From the IMG/VR virus record IMGVR_UViG_3300005805_000042: a stretch of 64,000 nucleotides of DNA; one strand, written 5' to 3'. The notes beneath the pieces were generated by a model. The model was given only the letters and a program-made list of their open reading frames with translations, made no database searches and had not been told where the DNA came from. The translations under genes and the position numbers were made by a program. This document shows positions 20,154 through 29,521 of the stretch, piece after piece (positions within the stretch are counted from its first letter, which is position 1; every line of letters starts with the position of its first letter). This stretch comes from a virus.

Positions 20154-21017
20154 ATGGAAAAATATAATTTGAATGGAAAGCTAGTTTTGGTGACTGGTGG
20201 TACAGGTTTCTTAGGGAAACCATTAATTAAAGTGTTACTAAGTCTTGGTGCGCGCGTTAGAACAATAGCAAGGAATGAGGGTAAGTTAATTGAACTTAGT
20301 CAAATGTTTCCTCAGGTTGAAATCTTAACAGGGGATATTTCAGACCCATTCGATGCAAAACAAGCTATGAAAGGTGTTCAAGCAGTATTTCACCTAGCAG
20401 CATCCAAACACGTTGGTTTAGCAGAAAAACAAGTTAGAGAGTGCATTAAAACCAACACAATAGGAACCATGAATTTATTGGATAGTTCTCTCAATGAAGA
20501 ACTGGAATTCTTTATCAGCATTTCAACAGACAAAGCAGCTCAGGTTGCTGGAGTATATGGTGCTAGTAAGTTGTTGATGGAGCGACTTCATAATCAATAC
20601 GAAGTTCTAAATCCAAAATGTGATTACAGAATCGTTAGATATGGTAATGTATTATATTCAACTGGTTCTGTTTTATGTAAGTGGAAAGATTTGATTGAAC
20701 AAGACAAACCAGTAACAGTTACCGAACCAAAGGCAACTAGATTTTTTTGGACTGTTGACCAAGCAATTGATTTGATTTTTAATTGTTTAGAAAATTGTGA
20801 TAACACAAGTCCATTTGTTCCTGACATGAAAGCTATGAGTATCGAAAATCTATTACAGGCAATGTATCAAAAATACGGCAAAGAAAACCAAGAACAGAAA
20901 ATCAATGTAATTGGTCTCCAACCTGGTGAGAATTACCATGAAAAAATTCTTGAAAATGGACCATATTCATCTGAAGTCGAGGAGTTTACTATTGAAGAAA
21001 TAAAGATTTTAATATAA
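20154..21017 (+). CDS. UDP-GlcNAc 4,6-dehydratase-like SDR (PseB/CapD/FnlA family)
   Basis: TGGTGFLG, HLAASKHV, STDKA, YGASK, RYGNVLYSTGSV, GLQPGENYHE. Confidence 0.9.
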   Translation: MEKYNLNGKLVLVTGGTGFLGKPLIKVLLSLGARVRTIARNEGKLIELSQMFPQVEILTGDISDPFDAKQAMKGVQAVFHLAASKHVGLAEKQVRECIKTNTIGTMNLLDSSLNEELEFFISISTDKAAQVAGVYGASKLLMERLHNQYEVLNPKCDYRIVRYGNVLYSTGSVLCKWKDLIEQDKPVTVTEPKATRFFWTVDQAIDLIFNCLENCDNTSPFVPDMKAMSIENLLQAMYQKYGKENQEQKINVIGLQPGENYHEKILENGPYSSEVEEFTIEEIKILI

Positions 21018-21022
21018 TATCA

Positions 21023-21709
21023 GTGAAAACTATTGTTGAAATTGGGGCAAATAGAGGGCAAGACACGATTAATTTAGTTCAACAACCGGACTCATTTGTC
21101 TATTGTATAGAACCAGTACCACAACTATTTGAAAAATTAAAAGTGAAATTTTCAGAGAACCAAAACATCAAAATATTTCAATTAGCAATTGATAATTATG
21201 ATGGTAAATCAAATTTAGGTTTATCAGCACCCTATCATGGCCCTGGAACAGAATCTTCATATGCGTGTTCTTCATTAAATGAATTCTCAGACAATATAAG
21301 TGAAACATGGGGAAATCGTCCAGATTTTAAAATGACAGAATACGTTGAAGTTGAGGTGATGAAGCTGTCAACATTTATTGAAAAAGAGAATATTGAAGTG
21401 ATTGACTATTTGCATTGTGATGCCCAGTCAAGTGATTTGAATGTACTTAAATCATTAGGTGATAAAATTGAAATATTACAAAGTGGTCGTTGTGAGGGCT
21501 CCAACACAAAAAAACTTTACAAAAATATTGATAACAGTGTTGGTAGTATTTTGGAGTTTTTAGAGGAGAATAATTTTGAGATTACCGAATTAAAGGATGA
21601 ATTAGGTAATAAAATTGAAAATCCTGAATACGGATTAGATTCAAATGGGAAAAAATATTTACCGCACAGCACAGCAGAAATAGATATTTTTTTTAAAAGA
21701 AAGGGCTAG
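21023..21709 (+). CDS. FkbM-family methyltransferase
   Basis: VEIGANRG, CIEPVP, QLAI, IDYLHCDAQ; GTG start. Confidence 0.85.
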   Translation: MKTIVEIGANRGQDTINLVQQPDSFVYCIEPVPQLFEKLKVKFSENQNIKIFQLAIDNYDGKSNLGLSAPYHGPGTESSYACSSLNEFSDNISETWGNRPDFKMTEYVEVEVMKLSTFIEKENIEVIDYLHCDAQSSDLNVLKSLGDKIEILQSGRCEGSNTKKLYKNIDNSVGSILEFLEENNFEITELKDELGNKIENPEYGLDSNGKKYLPHSTAEIDIFFKRKG

Positions 21710-21712
21710 TTT

Positions 21713-22414
21713 ATGGAATTTACTTTTGGGATAATTACTGGAGGAGAAAAAAATCATAGAGAAGCACTTTCTAATAAAGAAGTTATAGCGAGAATAAAAA
21801 AAATAATTGAGACAATAGAATCTCAAAAAATTTCAAAATACGAAATAATAATTGTCGGTGGATTGAATGACTATCAAGATTTTAATTATGTCAAACATTT
21901 TGAATTTACTGAAAAAGGGAATCCTTGGATAACCCGAAAAAAAAACATAATAACACAAAACGCTTCATTTGAAAATGTTGTTTATATGCATGATTATTAT
22001 AGCCTTGATAAAGACTGGTATTCAAGCATGTTGGCTTATGGAAACAATTTCAAAATTTTAATGAACCAAATTTTGGATATAAATAACAATCGTTACCATG
22101 ATTGGGAAATTGTGGATTTTTTTGAACCTGGTGTATCATTATTACCATATGAAGTTAAAGACTTGACTAAATTTCAATACATAAATGGTGGATTTTGGAT
22201 TGCCAAAAAAAATGTAATGTTAGAATTCCCCTTAAATGAAACTTTAGGGTGGGGTTCGGGTGAAGATTTGGAATGGTCTTCCAGGGTTAAAACAAGATAT
22301 TGTTTTGAATTAAATGAAAAAGCTAAAATCCGTCTGTTAAAACCACGATTCATCGGTTCAGAAAGAAAAGTTTTAACTGAAGAGCAAGTTAATTTTTTGA
22401 GACAAAGACTATAG
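21713..22414 (+). CDS. GT2-like glycosyltransferase
   Basis: FGIIT, YEIIIVG, WITRKKN, YMHDY, GEDLEWS. Confidence 0.75.
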   Translation: MEFTFGIITGGEKNHREALSNKEVIARIKKIIETIESQKISKYEIIIVGGLNDYQDFNYVKHFEFTEKGNPWITRKKNIITQNASFENVVYMHDYYSLDKDWYSSMLAYGNNFKILMNQILDINNNRYHDWEIVDFFEPGVSLLPYEVKDLTKFQYINGGFWIAKKNVMLEFPLNETLGWGSGEDLEWSSRVKTRYCFELNEKAKIRLLKPRFIGSERKVLTEEQVNFLRQRL

Positions 22415-22417
22415 TTT

Positions 22418-23182
22418 ATGAAAATAGCTGTTTGTTTATATGGTAAATTCAGTGGGGAAAACGACCGGAGTAACATTCGAGGTTTCGAAAAATCTTTTGA
22501 ATTTTTGAAAAAAAATATATTATCGGACAATACGGATATTTTTATCCATGGTTGGGATGACAATCAAGGGGATACCCAAAAAATCGTTGAATTGTACAAA
22601 CCAAAAAAATTTATTTTAGAAAAACAAATACAATTTGACCACCCATATAAACATTATAATTTTATACCAGAAGGCCCTTGGGCAACAAAAAATTACATTA
22701 ACAATGATTACTCAAGATTTTTTTCAATAAAAAAAGTGGTTGAGCTTATTGAGGGCGATTATGATTTGGTTTTAATTGCAAGATTTGATACTGTTTTTTT
22801 CCAAAATTTTCCATGGGAACAAATGGATTGTAAAAATTTTTATGTAAGCCATTGGGGTCATAACAAACATAAAATGGGCTTTCAAGATGCCTGGTTCATA
22901 TCGGGCCTTGATTTGATGAAAAAATGGACACAAATCTATGATAGATTAGATGATTATTTTTCTTTAGATAGTGATTATTTTAAATTTATAAAAAACCATG
23001 GTGGTGATGAAACTAATTTACCATCAGGGCACGCAATAAGTCGATACAGAACAATCGAGCTTGGTTTGGAAGATGTAACCTTTTGTGTTGGAGCTTTGCC
23101 AGAAACTTGGACTTTAGAAAGATATCTTGATAGAGAAGTACGAGAAATAAATCCAGAACTCGGTATTCAAAAACTTAAGTAA
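22418..23182 (+). CDS. Glycan-locus protein (putative glycosyltransferase-like)
   Basis: MKIAVCLYG, DIFIHGW, YDLVLIARFD, GFQDAWF pattern seen in capsule-locus proteins. Confidence 0.55.
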   Translation: MKIAVCLYGKFSGENDRSNIRGFEKSFEFLKKNILSDNTDIFIHGWDDNQGDTQKIVELYKPKKFILEKQIQFDHPYKHYNFIPEGPWATKNYINNDYSRFFSIKKVVELIEGDYDLVLIARFDTVFFQNFPWEQMDCKNFYVSHWGHNKHKMGFQDAWFISGLDLMKKWTQIYDRLDDYFSLDSDYFKFIKNHGGDETNLPSGHAISRYRTIELGLEDVTFCVGALPETWTLERYLDREVREINPELGIQKLK

Positions 23183-23185
23183 CTT

Positions 23186-23620
23186 ATGATTTTAATTTCA
23201 CACCGTGGGAACATAGATGGTAGATTAGAAAATGTGGAAAATTCTCCAGATTACATAACTTTTGCATTGAATCAAGGGTATGATGTCGAAATAGATGTTT
23301 GGTACATTGATTCTAAATTTTATTTAGGACATGATGAGCCACTTTACAAAATTGAAGAGAAATTCTTAGAAAACCAAAATCTTTGGTGTCACGCTAAAAA
23401 CGAAAATGCGCTTTTTAAAATGTTACAAAATAAAAAAATACATTGTTTTTGGCATCAATCAGATGATTATACACTCACATCCAAAGGGATACCGTGGGTT
23501 TACCCCGGAAAAAAAGTTTCTGAAAAAGGAATCTGGGTTTTACCGGAACGTACCAATTACAAAAATATTAAAATAAATTGTTTGGGCATTTGTTCAGACT
23601 ATATTTCAAATTACACGTGA
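23186..23620 (+). CDS. Small GDPD/PLC-like phosphodiesterase-fold protein
   Basis: ISHRGN, ENSP, GYDVEIDVW, LWCHAK, GICSD. Confidence 0.75.
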   Translation: MILISHRGNIDGRLENVENSPDYITFALNQGYDVEIDVWYIDSKFYLGHDEPLYKIEEKFLENQNLWCHAKNENALFKMLQNKKIHCFWHQSDDYTLTSKGIPWVYPGKKVSEKGIWVLPERTNYKNIKINCLGICSDYISNYT

Positions 23621-24990
23621 TAAAACTAATTATTTTCGATTTGGATGGTGTTTTGGTAGAAGCTAAAAACATTCATTATGATGCTCTTAATCTAGCTATT
23701 GAGAAGTATGATAAAAATTGTGTGATTGACTGGAATGAACATTTGAGTAAATACGACGGCTTAAAAACCCAACAGAAACTAGAAATGTTAACAAAAGACA
23801 AAGGGCTTTCATCCAAATTTCATAAACTTATTTGGGATGAAAAACAAAAAATTACTCTAAGATTATTGAGTGATTTGAAAAAAAACAACGAGTTAATCGA
23901 GTTATTTTTTTTATTATCAGAAAATGGTTACAAAATTGCTTGTTGTAGTAATTCTATACGAAAAACAGTTCTCACTGTATTATCTAAATTAGGTATAATA
24001 GAATTTTTTGACTTAATTGTGTCAAATGAAGACGTATTAAATTCTAAGCCTCATCCAGAGATGTATTGGAAGTGCATATCAAAAATGTCTGTCTTACCAG
24101 AACAGACTTTGATTGTCGAGGACTCGCCTTATGGTTTGCTAGCAGCCTCAAGGACTAATTCGCATATCTTAAGAGTGCAAAACCCGGGTGAAGTTAATAA
24201 AAATAACATAAATAAAAAATTACAACAAATTGAAAAAAAATCATTTATGAAAACACCAAAATGGCATGATGATAAATTAAACATTTTAATACCGATGGCT
24301 GGGGCTGGGTCACGATTCGAAAAAGCGGGTTATACTTTCCCTAAACCATTGATTGATGTTGAGGGCGAACCCATGATTAAGTTGGTTTCGGAAAATCTAA
24401 ATATTAAGGCAAACTTTATTTATATTGTGCAAAAAAAACATAGAGAAAAATATAATCTAGATACTTTATTAAACTTAGTTTCTCCTGGATGTAGAATAGT
24501 CGAAATTGATGGGATAACTGAAGGTGCTGCTGTTACAACACTACTAGCTAAAGATTTAATAGATAACGACTCACCACTTATTATGGCTAACTCTGACCAA
24601 TTTGTTGAGTGGGATTCCAATGAATTTATGTACAAAATGGTTGAGACACAAGCTGATGGTGGTATAGTTACCTTCAAGGCAACGCATCCGAAGTGGTCAT
24701 TTGCTAAAATTGATGATAATGGTTATGTTACAGAAGTTGCAGAAAAAAACCCAATTTCAGATATTGCTACTGTGGGCATTTATTATTGGGCAAAAGGCTC
24801 TGATTATGTAAAATATGCTGAGCAAATGATACAGAAAGATATTCGCACAAATAATGAATTTTATGTTTGTCCAGTATTCAATGAAGCTATTTTAGGTGGA
24901 AAAAAAATCAGAACATATGAAATTGAAAAAATGTGGGGTTTAGGAACACCAGAGGATTTAAATGTTTACCTTAATAGAAAACAAAACTAA
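23617..24990 (+). CDS. HAD phosphatase fused to a sugar-phosphate nucleotidyltransferase
   Basis: IIFDLDGVL, KPHPE, IVEDS (HAD); LIPMAGAGSRF..PKPLI, NSDQ, VAEK, EFYVCP (NTP transferase); likely GTG start at 23617 overlapping the upstream TGA. Confidence 0.85.
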   Translation: MIKLIIFDLDGVLVEAKNIHYDALNLAIEKYDKNCVIDWNEHLSKYDGLKTQQKLEMLTKDKGLSSKFHKLIWDEKQKITLRLLSDLKKNNELIELFFLLSENGYKIACCSNSIRKTVLTVLSKLGIIEFFDLIVSNEDVLNSKPHPEMYWKCISKMSVLPEQTLIVEDSPYGLLAASRTNSHILRVQNPGEVNKNNINKKLQQIEKKSFMKTPKWHDDKLNILIPMAGAGSRFEKAGYTFPKPLIDVEGEPMIKLVSENLNIKANFIYIVQKKHREKYNLDTLLNLVSPGCRIVEIDGITEGAAVTTLLAKDLIDNDSPLIMANSDQFVEWDSNEFMYKMVETQADGGIVTFKATHPKWSFAKIDDNGYVTEVAEKNPISDIATVGIYYWAKGSDYVKYAEQMIQKDIRTNNEFYVCPVFNEAILGGKKIRTYEIEKMWGLGTPEDLNVYLNRKQN

Positions 24991-24998
24991 TTTTACTT

Positions 24999-26111
24999 AT
25001 GTCACAATATTCAATACCACAATTTCAACCGTACATTGATGAAAAAGAGTACGAAGCTATAAAATCTTGTTTTGACCTAAATTGGATAACTGAAGGTCCG
25101 AAATCAACAGAGTTTGTTAATAAACTTTTAGAAATGATGGGTGTAAAGTATGGTGTGTTAGCGCCTAATGGAACCTTATCGTTATACATGGCCCTGAAGG
25201 CTCTAGGCATTGGTAAAGGAGATGAAGTAATTGTTCCTAATTTTACATTTATAGCTTCCGCAAATGCAATAGAAATGGTGGGTGCTAAACCAATTTTCTG
25301 TGATGTTCAAGAATCCGATTTACATATTGATTTAAAAAAAGCTGAAAAACTTGTTACAAGAAAAACTAGAGCAATTATGCCTGTGCACATATATGGAATG
25401 GCATGTGATATGGATGCGGTAATGATGTTTGCCAAAAAACATAAACTTAAAGTTGTAGAAGATGCTGCTCAAGCAGTCGGTGTAAAATGGAACGGTAAAC
25501 AAGCCGGCACATTTGGAGACATTGGGAGTTTTTCGTTTTTTGCTGATAAAACTTTGACAACTGGTGAAGGTGGTTTGGTAGTAACTAATGATGAAGAAAT
25601 TTACAATAAACTTCTTTTTATGAGAAATCAGGGTAGAATTAATAGAGGTAGTTTTATTCACCCAGAAATTGGTTACAATTTTAGAATGACCGACCTCCAA
25701 ACTGCTATTGGTTTGGTTCAGCTTTCAAAGTTCCCAGAAATCGTTAAAAAGAAAAAAAAAATTATTGATACTTACAAAAAATACTTGAGCCCTAAAATCC
25801 GTATTATTGAACCCTTAGAAGGCTCGACACATATTCCTTTCAGAGTTTGTATTACAGTACCGGGAGGTAGTGACCAATTAATGTCTCACTTGAAAGATTT
25901 TGGAATAGAACCAAGAACTTTCTTTTATCCATTACACAAACAACCTTGTTATGAAGACAAATCTTTTTGGAGATTTTTAAAGACAAAAAATGATTTATCC
26001 GTGTCTGAAAAATTATATGAAGAAGGAGTATGTTTACCTTCCTGGGTTGGAATCTCAACAGAACAAGTAAAACTTATTTGTGACGCAATTAATAACTTCA
26101 AAAAATGGTAG
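24999..26111 (+). CDS. DegT/DnrJ/EryC1/StrS PLP-dependent sugar aminotransferase
   Basis: WITEGP, NGTLSL, PVHIYG, VVEDAAQA, FSFFADKTLTTGEGG, GYNFRMT. Confidence 0.95.
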   Translation: MSQYSIPQFQPYIDEKEYEAIKSCFDLNWITEGPKSTEFVNKLLEMMGVKYGVLAPNGTLSLYMALKALGIGKGDEVIVPNFTFIASANAIEMVGAKPIFCDVQESDLHIDLKKAEKLVTRKTRAIMPVHIYGMACDMDAVMMFAKKHKLKVVEDAAQAVGVKWNGKQAGTFGDIGSFSFFADKTLTTGEGGLVVTNDEEIYNKLLFMRNQGRINRGSFIHPEIGYNFRMTDLQTAIGLVQLSKFPEIVKKKKKIIDTYKKYLSPKIRIIEPLEGSTHIPFRVCITVPGGSDQLMSHLKDFGIEPRTFFYPLHKQPCYEDKSFWRFLKTKNDLSVSEKLYEEGVCLPSWVGISTEQVKLICDAINNFKKW

Positions 26112-26620
26112 TAGAAAAAAGTAAAATATTTGGTGAAGATGTAAAAATCATCCAACCTCAAATCTTTCAAGATTTTCGTGGTGAGTATGTTGAAACCTGG
26201 AATGTAGAACTCTACAAACAATTCGGCGTTGAATTCAAACAAGACGACATAAGTGTTTCTGTACGACATACCTTAAGAGGTTTTCATGGAGACCAAAACA
26301 CATATAAACTTATCTCATGTTTATATGGGAGTTTGTATCAAGTAATTGTTGATATGAGACCTAAAAGTCCAACATATCTTAAATGGGAAGCCTTTGCCCT
26401 AAATGATAAAAATAGAAAGCAAATATTGATACCACCTATGTTTGGTAACGCTCATTTGGTGATGAGTGATACTGCAATTTTCCACTACAAACAATCAACC
26501 CTTTATGAAGGGCAAGGAAAACAATTCACAATAAAATGGGATGACCCAAAAGTGGGGGCATATTTTCCAATAAAAAATCCGATTCTATCAGAACGGGATA
26601 CATTTGTCGATTATTTATGA
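26105..26620 (+). CDS. rmlC: dTDP-4-dehydrorhamnose 3,5-epimerase family
   Basis: FQDFRGEY.E, QDDIS.S..TLRGFHG, VDMRPKSPTY, GNAH, IKWDDP. Confidence 0.9.
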   Translation: MVVEKSKIFGEDVKIIQPQIFQDFRGEYVETWNVELYKQFGVEFKQDDISVSVRHTLRGFHGDQNTYKLISCLYGSLYQVIVDMRPKSPTYLKWEAFALNDKNRKQILIPPMFGNAHLVMSDTAIFHYKQSTLYEGQGKQFTIKWDDPKVGAYFPIKNPILSERDTFVDYL

Positions 26621-27549
26621 AAAAAATTTTAGTAACTGGTGGCGCAGGATACATTGGAAGTATATTAGTTCCAGAATTATTAAAAAAGGGGCACGAAGTA
26701 ACAGTATATGATAGTTTGTTGTTTGGGGGAAATAGTCTTTTAACAAATTTTTTAAATCCCAATTTTTATTTTATTCAAGGAGATATTAGAGATGAAGAAA
26801 AATTAAAAAAATGTTTAGTTGGTAAGGATATTATTATCCATCTGGCGGCAATTGTTGGATATCCCGCTTGTCAAAAAAACCCTCAATTAACAATAGATGT
26901 TAATTTGACAGCAACGAAAAAACTTGTTGATAATTTATTACCAGAGCAATACTTGCTTTTTGGGTCTACTGGTAGTAATTACGGGTCTGTTGAGGATGGT
27001 GTATGTACTGAAGAGACCGAGTTAAATCCACTAAGTCTTTATGGGGAAACCAAAACCGAGGCGGAAAAATATATTATATCTAACTCAAAATCCACAGCAT
27101 TTCGTTTCGCCACAGCATTTGGCTTGTCACCTCGTTTAAGGTTAGATTTGTTAATAAATGATTTTGTTAATAAAGCAATCAACCAAAAATATATTGTTGT
27201 TTATGAATCTCATTTTATGAGGACATTTATTCATGTTAAAGACATTGCGCGTTCATTTTTATTTGCAATAGAAAATGAAAAAAAAATGAGTAAACAGGTC
27301 TATAATGTTGGTGGTAATTCCATGAATTATAGTAAAAGACATGTTTGTAATTTAATACAAGATAAGATAGATTATTATTTACATTTGGCAGATATTGGTG
27401 CGGATGCAGACAAAAGAAATTATGTCGTTTCGTATGATAAAATAAATCGATTAGGATTTGAAACAACGATTTCATTAGAAGAAGGTATTGAAGAATTAGT
27501 AAAAGGAATTAAAATAATAAAACGAGAAGACCCATATTCGAATGCCTAA
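26617..27549 (+). CDS. NAD-dependent sugar epimerase/reductase (extended SDR)
   Basis: TGGAGYIG, HLAAIVG, STGSNYG, YGETK, RFATAFG. Confidence 0.9.
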   Translation: MKKILVTGGAGYIGSILVPELLKKGHEVTVYDSLLFGGNSLLTNFLNPNFYFIQGDIRDEEKLKKCLVGKDIIIHLAAIVGYPACQKNPQLTIDVNLTATKKLVDNLLPEQYLLFGSTGSNYGSVEDGVCTEETELNPLSLYGETKTEAEKYIISNSKSTAFRFATAFGLSPRLRLDLLINDFVNKAINQKYIVVYESHFMRTFIHVKDIARSFLFAIENEKKMSKQVYNVGGNSMNYSKRHVCNLIQDKIDYYLHLADIGADADKRNYVVSYDKINRLGFETTISLEEGIEELVKGIKIIKREDPYSNA

Positions 27550-28291
27550 AACCTATTTCGATAAATTCTCCAAATATTATGACATAATTCATAATGAAAA
27601 AAATTATGAAATTGAATGTAATTTGATTTTGAAATATTCAAATGGTAATAATACACTTTTAGATGTTGGTTGTGGTACGGGAAATCATTCAAAAATATTA
27701 TCTAACCATTTTAACGAAATTGTAGGATGCGATTATTCTGAATCTATGTTGAAAATTGCCAAGGAAAAGTTTGAAAAATTCAACATACAAAACGTTACAT
27801 TTACAAGCGAACCATTAGAGTTTATTAAAGGAAACTTTGACACTGTAATTTCTATGTTCAACGTTATCAATCACATTGAAAGTTTGGAAGAATTAATTAA
27901 TTTTTTCAGAGAAATAAAAAAAAAATTAATTCCTGGTGGTAAATTTATTTTTGATTGTTGGAACGGAACTGCCTGCAGAATAGAACCCCCCAAAAAAAAT
28001 AGTAAAAGATTTATTCACTACGACTGGTATTCATTAGAACTCGAAACAAAAACTGAAAACAATCTTTTTGAATCATTATCAAATGTTAAAACAAATGTGA
28101 AAATTTATTCAGAAACTGAAAAAGTTGATGAATTTGATTATGAAATATTGCATAAATTATGGACCCCTGATATTTTGATTTCAGTCGTGGAAATGGTTGG
28201 CATGAAAATAGAAAAAATTTTTCCATCAATATTTGATTCTGAAACAGCCAAAAAAAGCGATTATCGCATAACATTTATTTGTAAAAATTAA
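27542..28291 (+). CDS. Class I SAM methyltransferase (amino-sugar N-methyltransferase-like)
   Basis: YYDIIH..KNY, LDVGCGTG, CDYSESML, ISMFNVINH, LIPGGKFIFD. Confidence 0.8.
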   Translation: MPKTYFDKFSKYYDIIHNEKNYEIECNLILKYSNGNNTLLDVGCGTGNHSKILSNHFNEIVGCDYSESMLKIAKEKFEKFNIQNVTFTSEPLEFIKGNFDTVISMFNVINHIESLEELINFFREIKKKLIPGGKFIFDCWNGTACRIEPPKKNSKRFIHYDWYSLELETKTENNLFESLSNVKTNVKIYSETEKVDEFDYEILHKLWTPDILISVVEMVGMKIEKIFPSIFDSETAKKSDYRITFICKN

Positions 28292-28292
28292 A

Positions 28293-28796
28293 ATGATTAC
28301 AATTCCAGTAAGTCTGGGAGAATTGATAGATAAACTATCTATACTCCAAGTCAAAAAAAAGAAAATTTCCGAACAAGAAAAACTAAATGAAGTTGAAAAA
28401 GAATTATATTTTCTTAAAACAAACGCAGAACATTTACTTGGTGATAAAGCTCTATTCAATCTATATGACGATTTAATACAAGTTAATACTCAACTTTGGG
28501 ATATTGAGGACAACATTCGAATTTTAGAAAAAAATAAAGATTTTGGGCCCGAATTTATTAAACTTGCTAGGTCTGTTTATTATACTAATGATAAAAGATT
28601 CGAAATTAAAAATAAAATAAATCAAATGACTAATTCAGAAATAAAAGAACAAAAAAGTTATCAAGACTATAAAATTGATGATAACAATATAATAAAAGAC
28701 AAAACTTACATATTTGAAAGTCCAGATGGGGGTCAAACAATTTACCGAAGAGAATTTGGTTACCCACATGATACGAGAGAGTTAATTAAAAAATAA
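28293..28796 (+). CDS. DUF6165-like helical protein with extra C-terminal module
   Basis: IPVSLGELIDKLSIL..K, LWDIED.IR, FIKLARSVY.TND.R..IK..IN. Confidence 0.7.
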   Translation: MITIPVSLGELIDKLSILQVKKKKISEQEKLNEVEKELYFLKTNAEHLLGDKALFNLYDDLIQVNTQLWDIEDNIRILEKNKDFGPEFIKLARSVYYTNDKRFEIKNKINQMTNSEIKEQKSYQDYKIDDNNIIKDKTYIFESPDGGQTIYRREFGYPHDTRELIKK

Positions 28797-29521
28797 TGAG
28801 AAAAAAACCATCTCCAACACCATCTTACATGGTACAAGAAACCTCTAAAACCAAAAAGGAAATTATCGGCTCTATTTTAAAGAAAAAAACAAAAGAAAAA
28901 TTTTTAACTGAAAGTCAAAAAGAATATTATAAAAAATTAAACGAAGCACAGATAACAATTTGTGCGGGTCCTGCTGGTGTTGGAAAAAGTTACATAGCCA
29001 TGAAAGCGGCAATTGACTTGTTGGTAGACCCTTTGAGTCCTTATGAAAAAATTATTATTGTTCGACCTGCAGTTGAGGCGGAAGAAAAACTTGGTTCACT
29101 ACCAGGTAATGTCGAAGAAAAACTCGACCCATACATTTTCCCAACATACTACCTCCTTAATAAAATTATCGGTAAAGATGCAAGGGAAAAATTGAAGGAG
29201 CTTGAAGTCATCGAAGTTTTCGCTCTTGCATATATGAGAGGGATGAACATTGATAACTCGATTTTAATTTTTGAGGAGGCTCAAAACTCCACACCAAATC
29301 AAATGAAACTTCTTTTAACAAGAATTGGTTTTAATTCCAAATTCTTTATTTCAGGTGATTTGGAACAAACAGACCGATACAAAGACAAAACGCATTCAGG
29401 TCTCTATGATGCAATTACTCGATTTAAATCGGTTGACTCAATCTTGTGTCATGAGTTTAGTCAATCAGATGTTGTTAGAAATTCATTAATAACAAAAATC
29501 TTAGAAAAATACGACCAATGA
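28796..29521 (+). CDS. phoH: PhoH-family ATPase
   Basis: GPAGVGKS, RPAVE, LGSLPG, LAYMRG, EEAQN, LTRIG, GDLEQ.D, VVRN. Confidence 0.95.
   Translation: MRKKPSPTPSYMVQETSKTKKEIIGSILKKKTKEKFLTESQKEYYKKLNEAQITICAGPAGVGKSYIAMKAAIDLLVDPLSPYEKIIIVRPAVEAEEKLGSLPGNVEEKLDPYIFPTYYLLNKIIGKDAREKLKELEVIEVFALAYMRGMNIDNSILIFEEAQNSTPNQMKLLLTRIGFNSKFFISGDLEQTDRYKDKTHSGLYDAITRFKSVDSILCHEFSQSDVVRNSLITKILEKYDQ

Noticed and set aside
23578-23616. ORF-track start of the HAD fusion (similarly 35534, 39296, 52929, 60929)
   Set aside because: The extensions overlap upstream genes or promoters; downstream starts (23617, 35564, 39311, 52905, 60950) fit better
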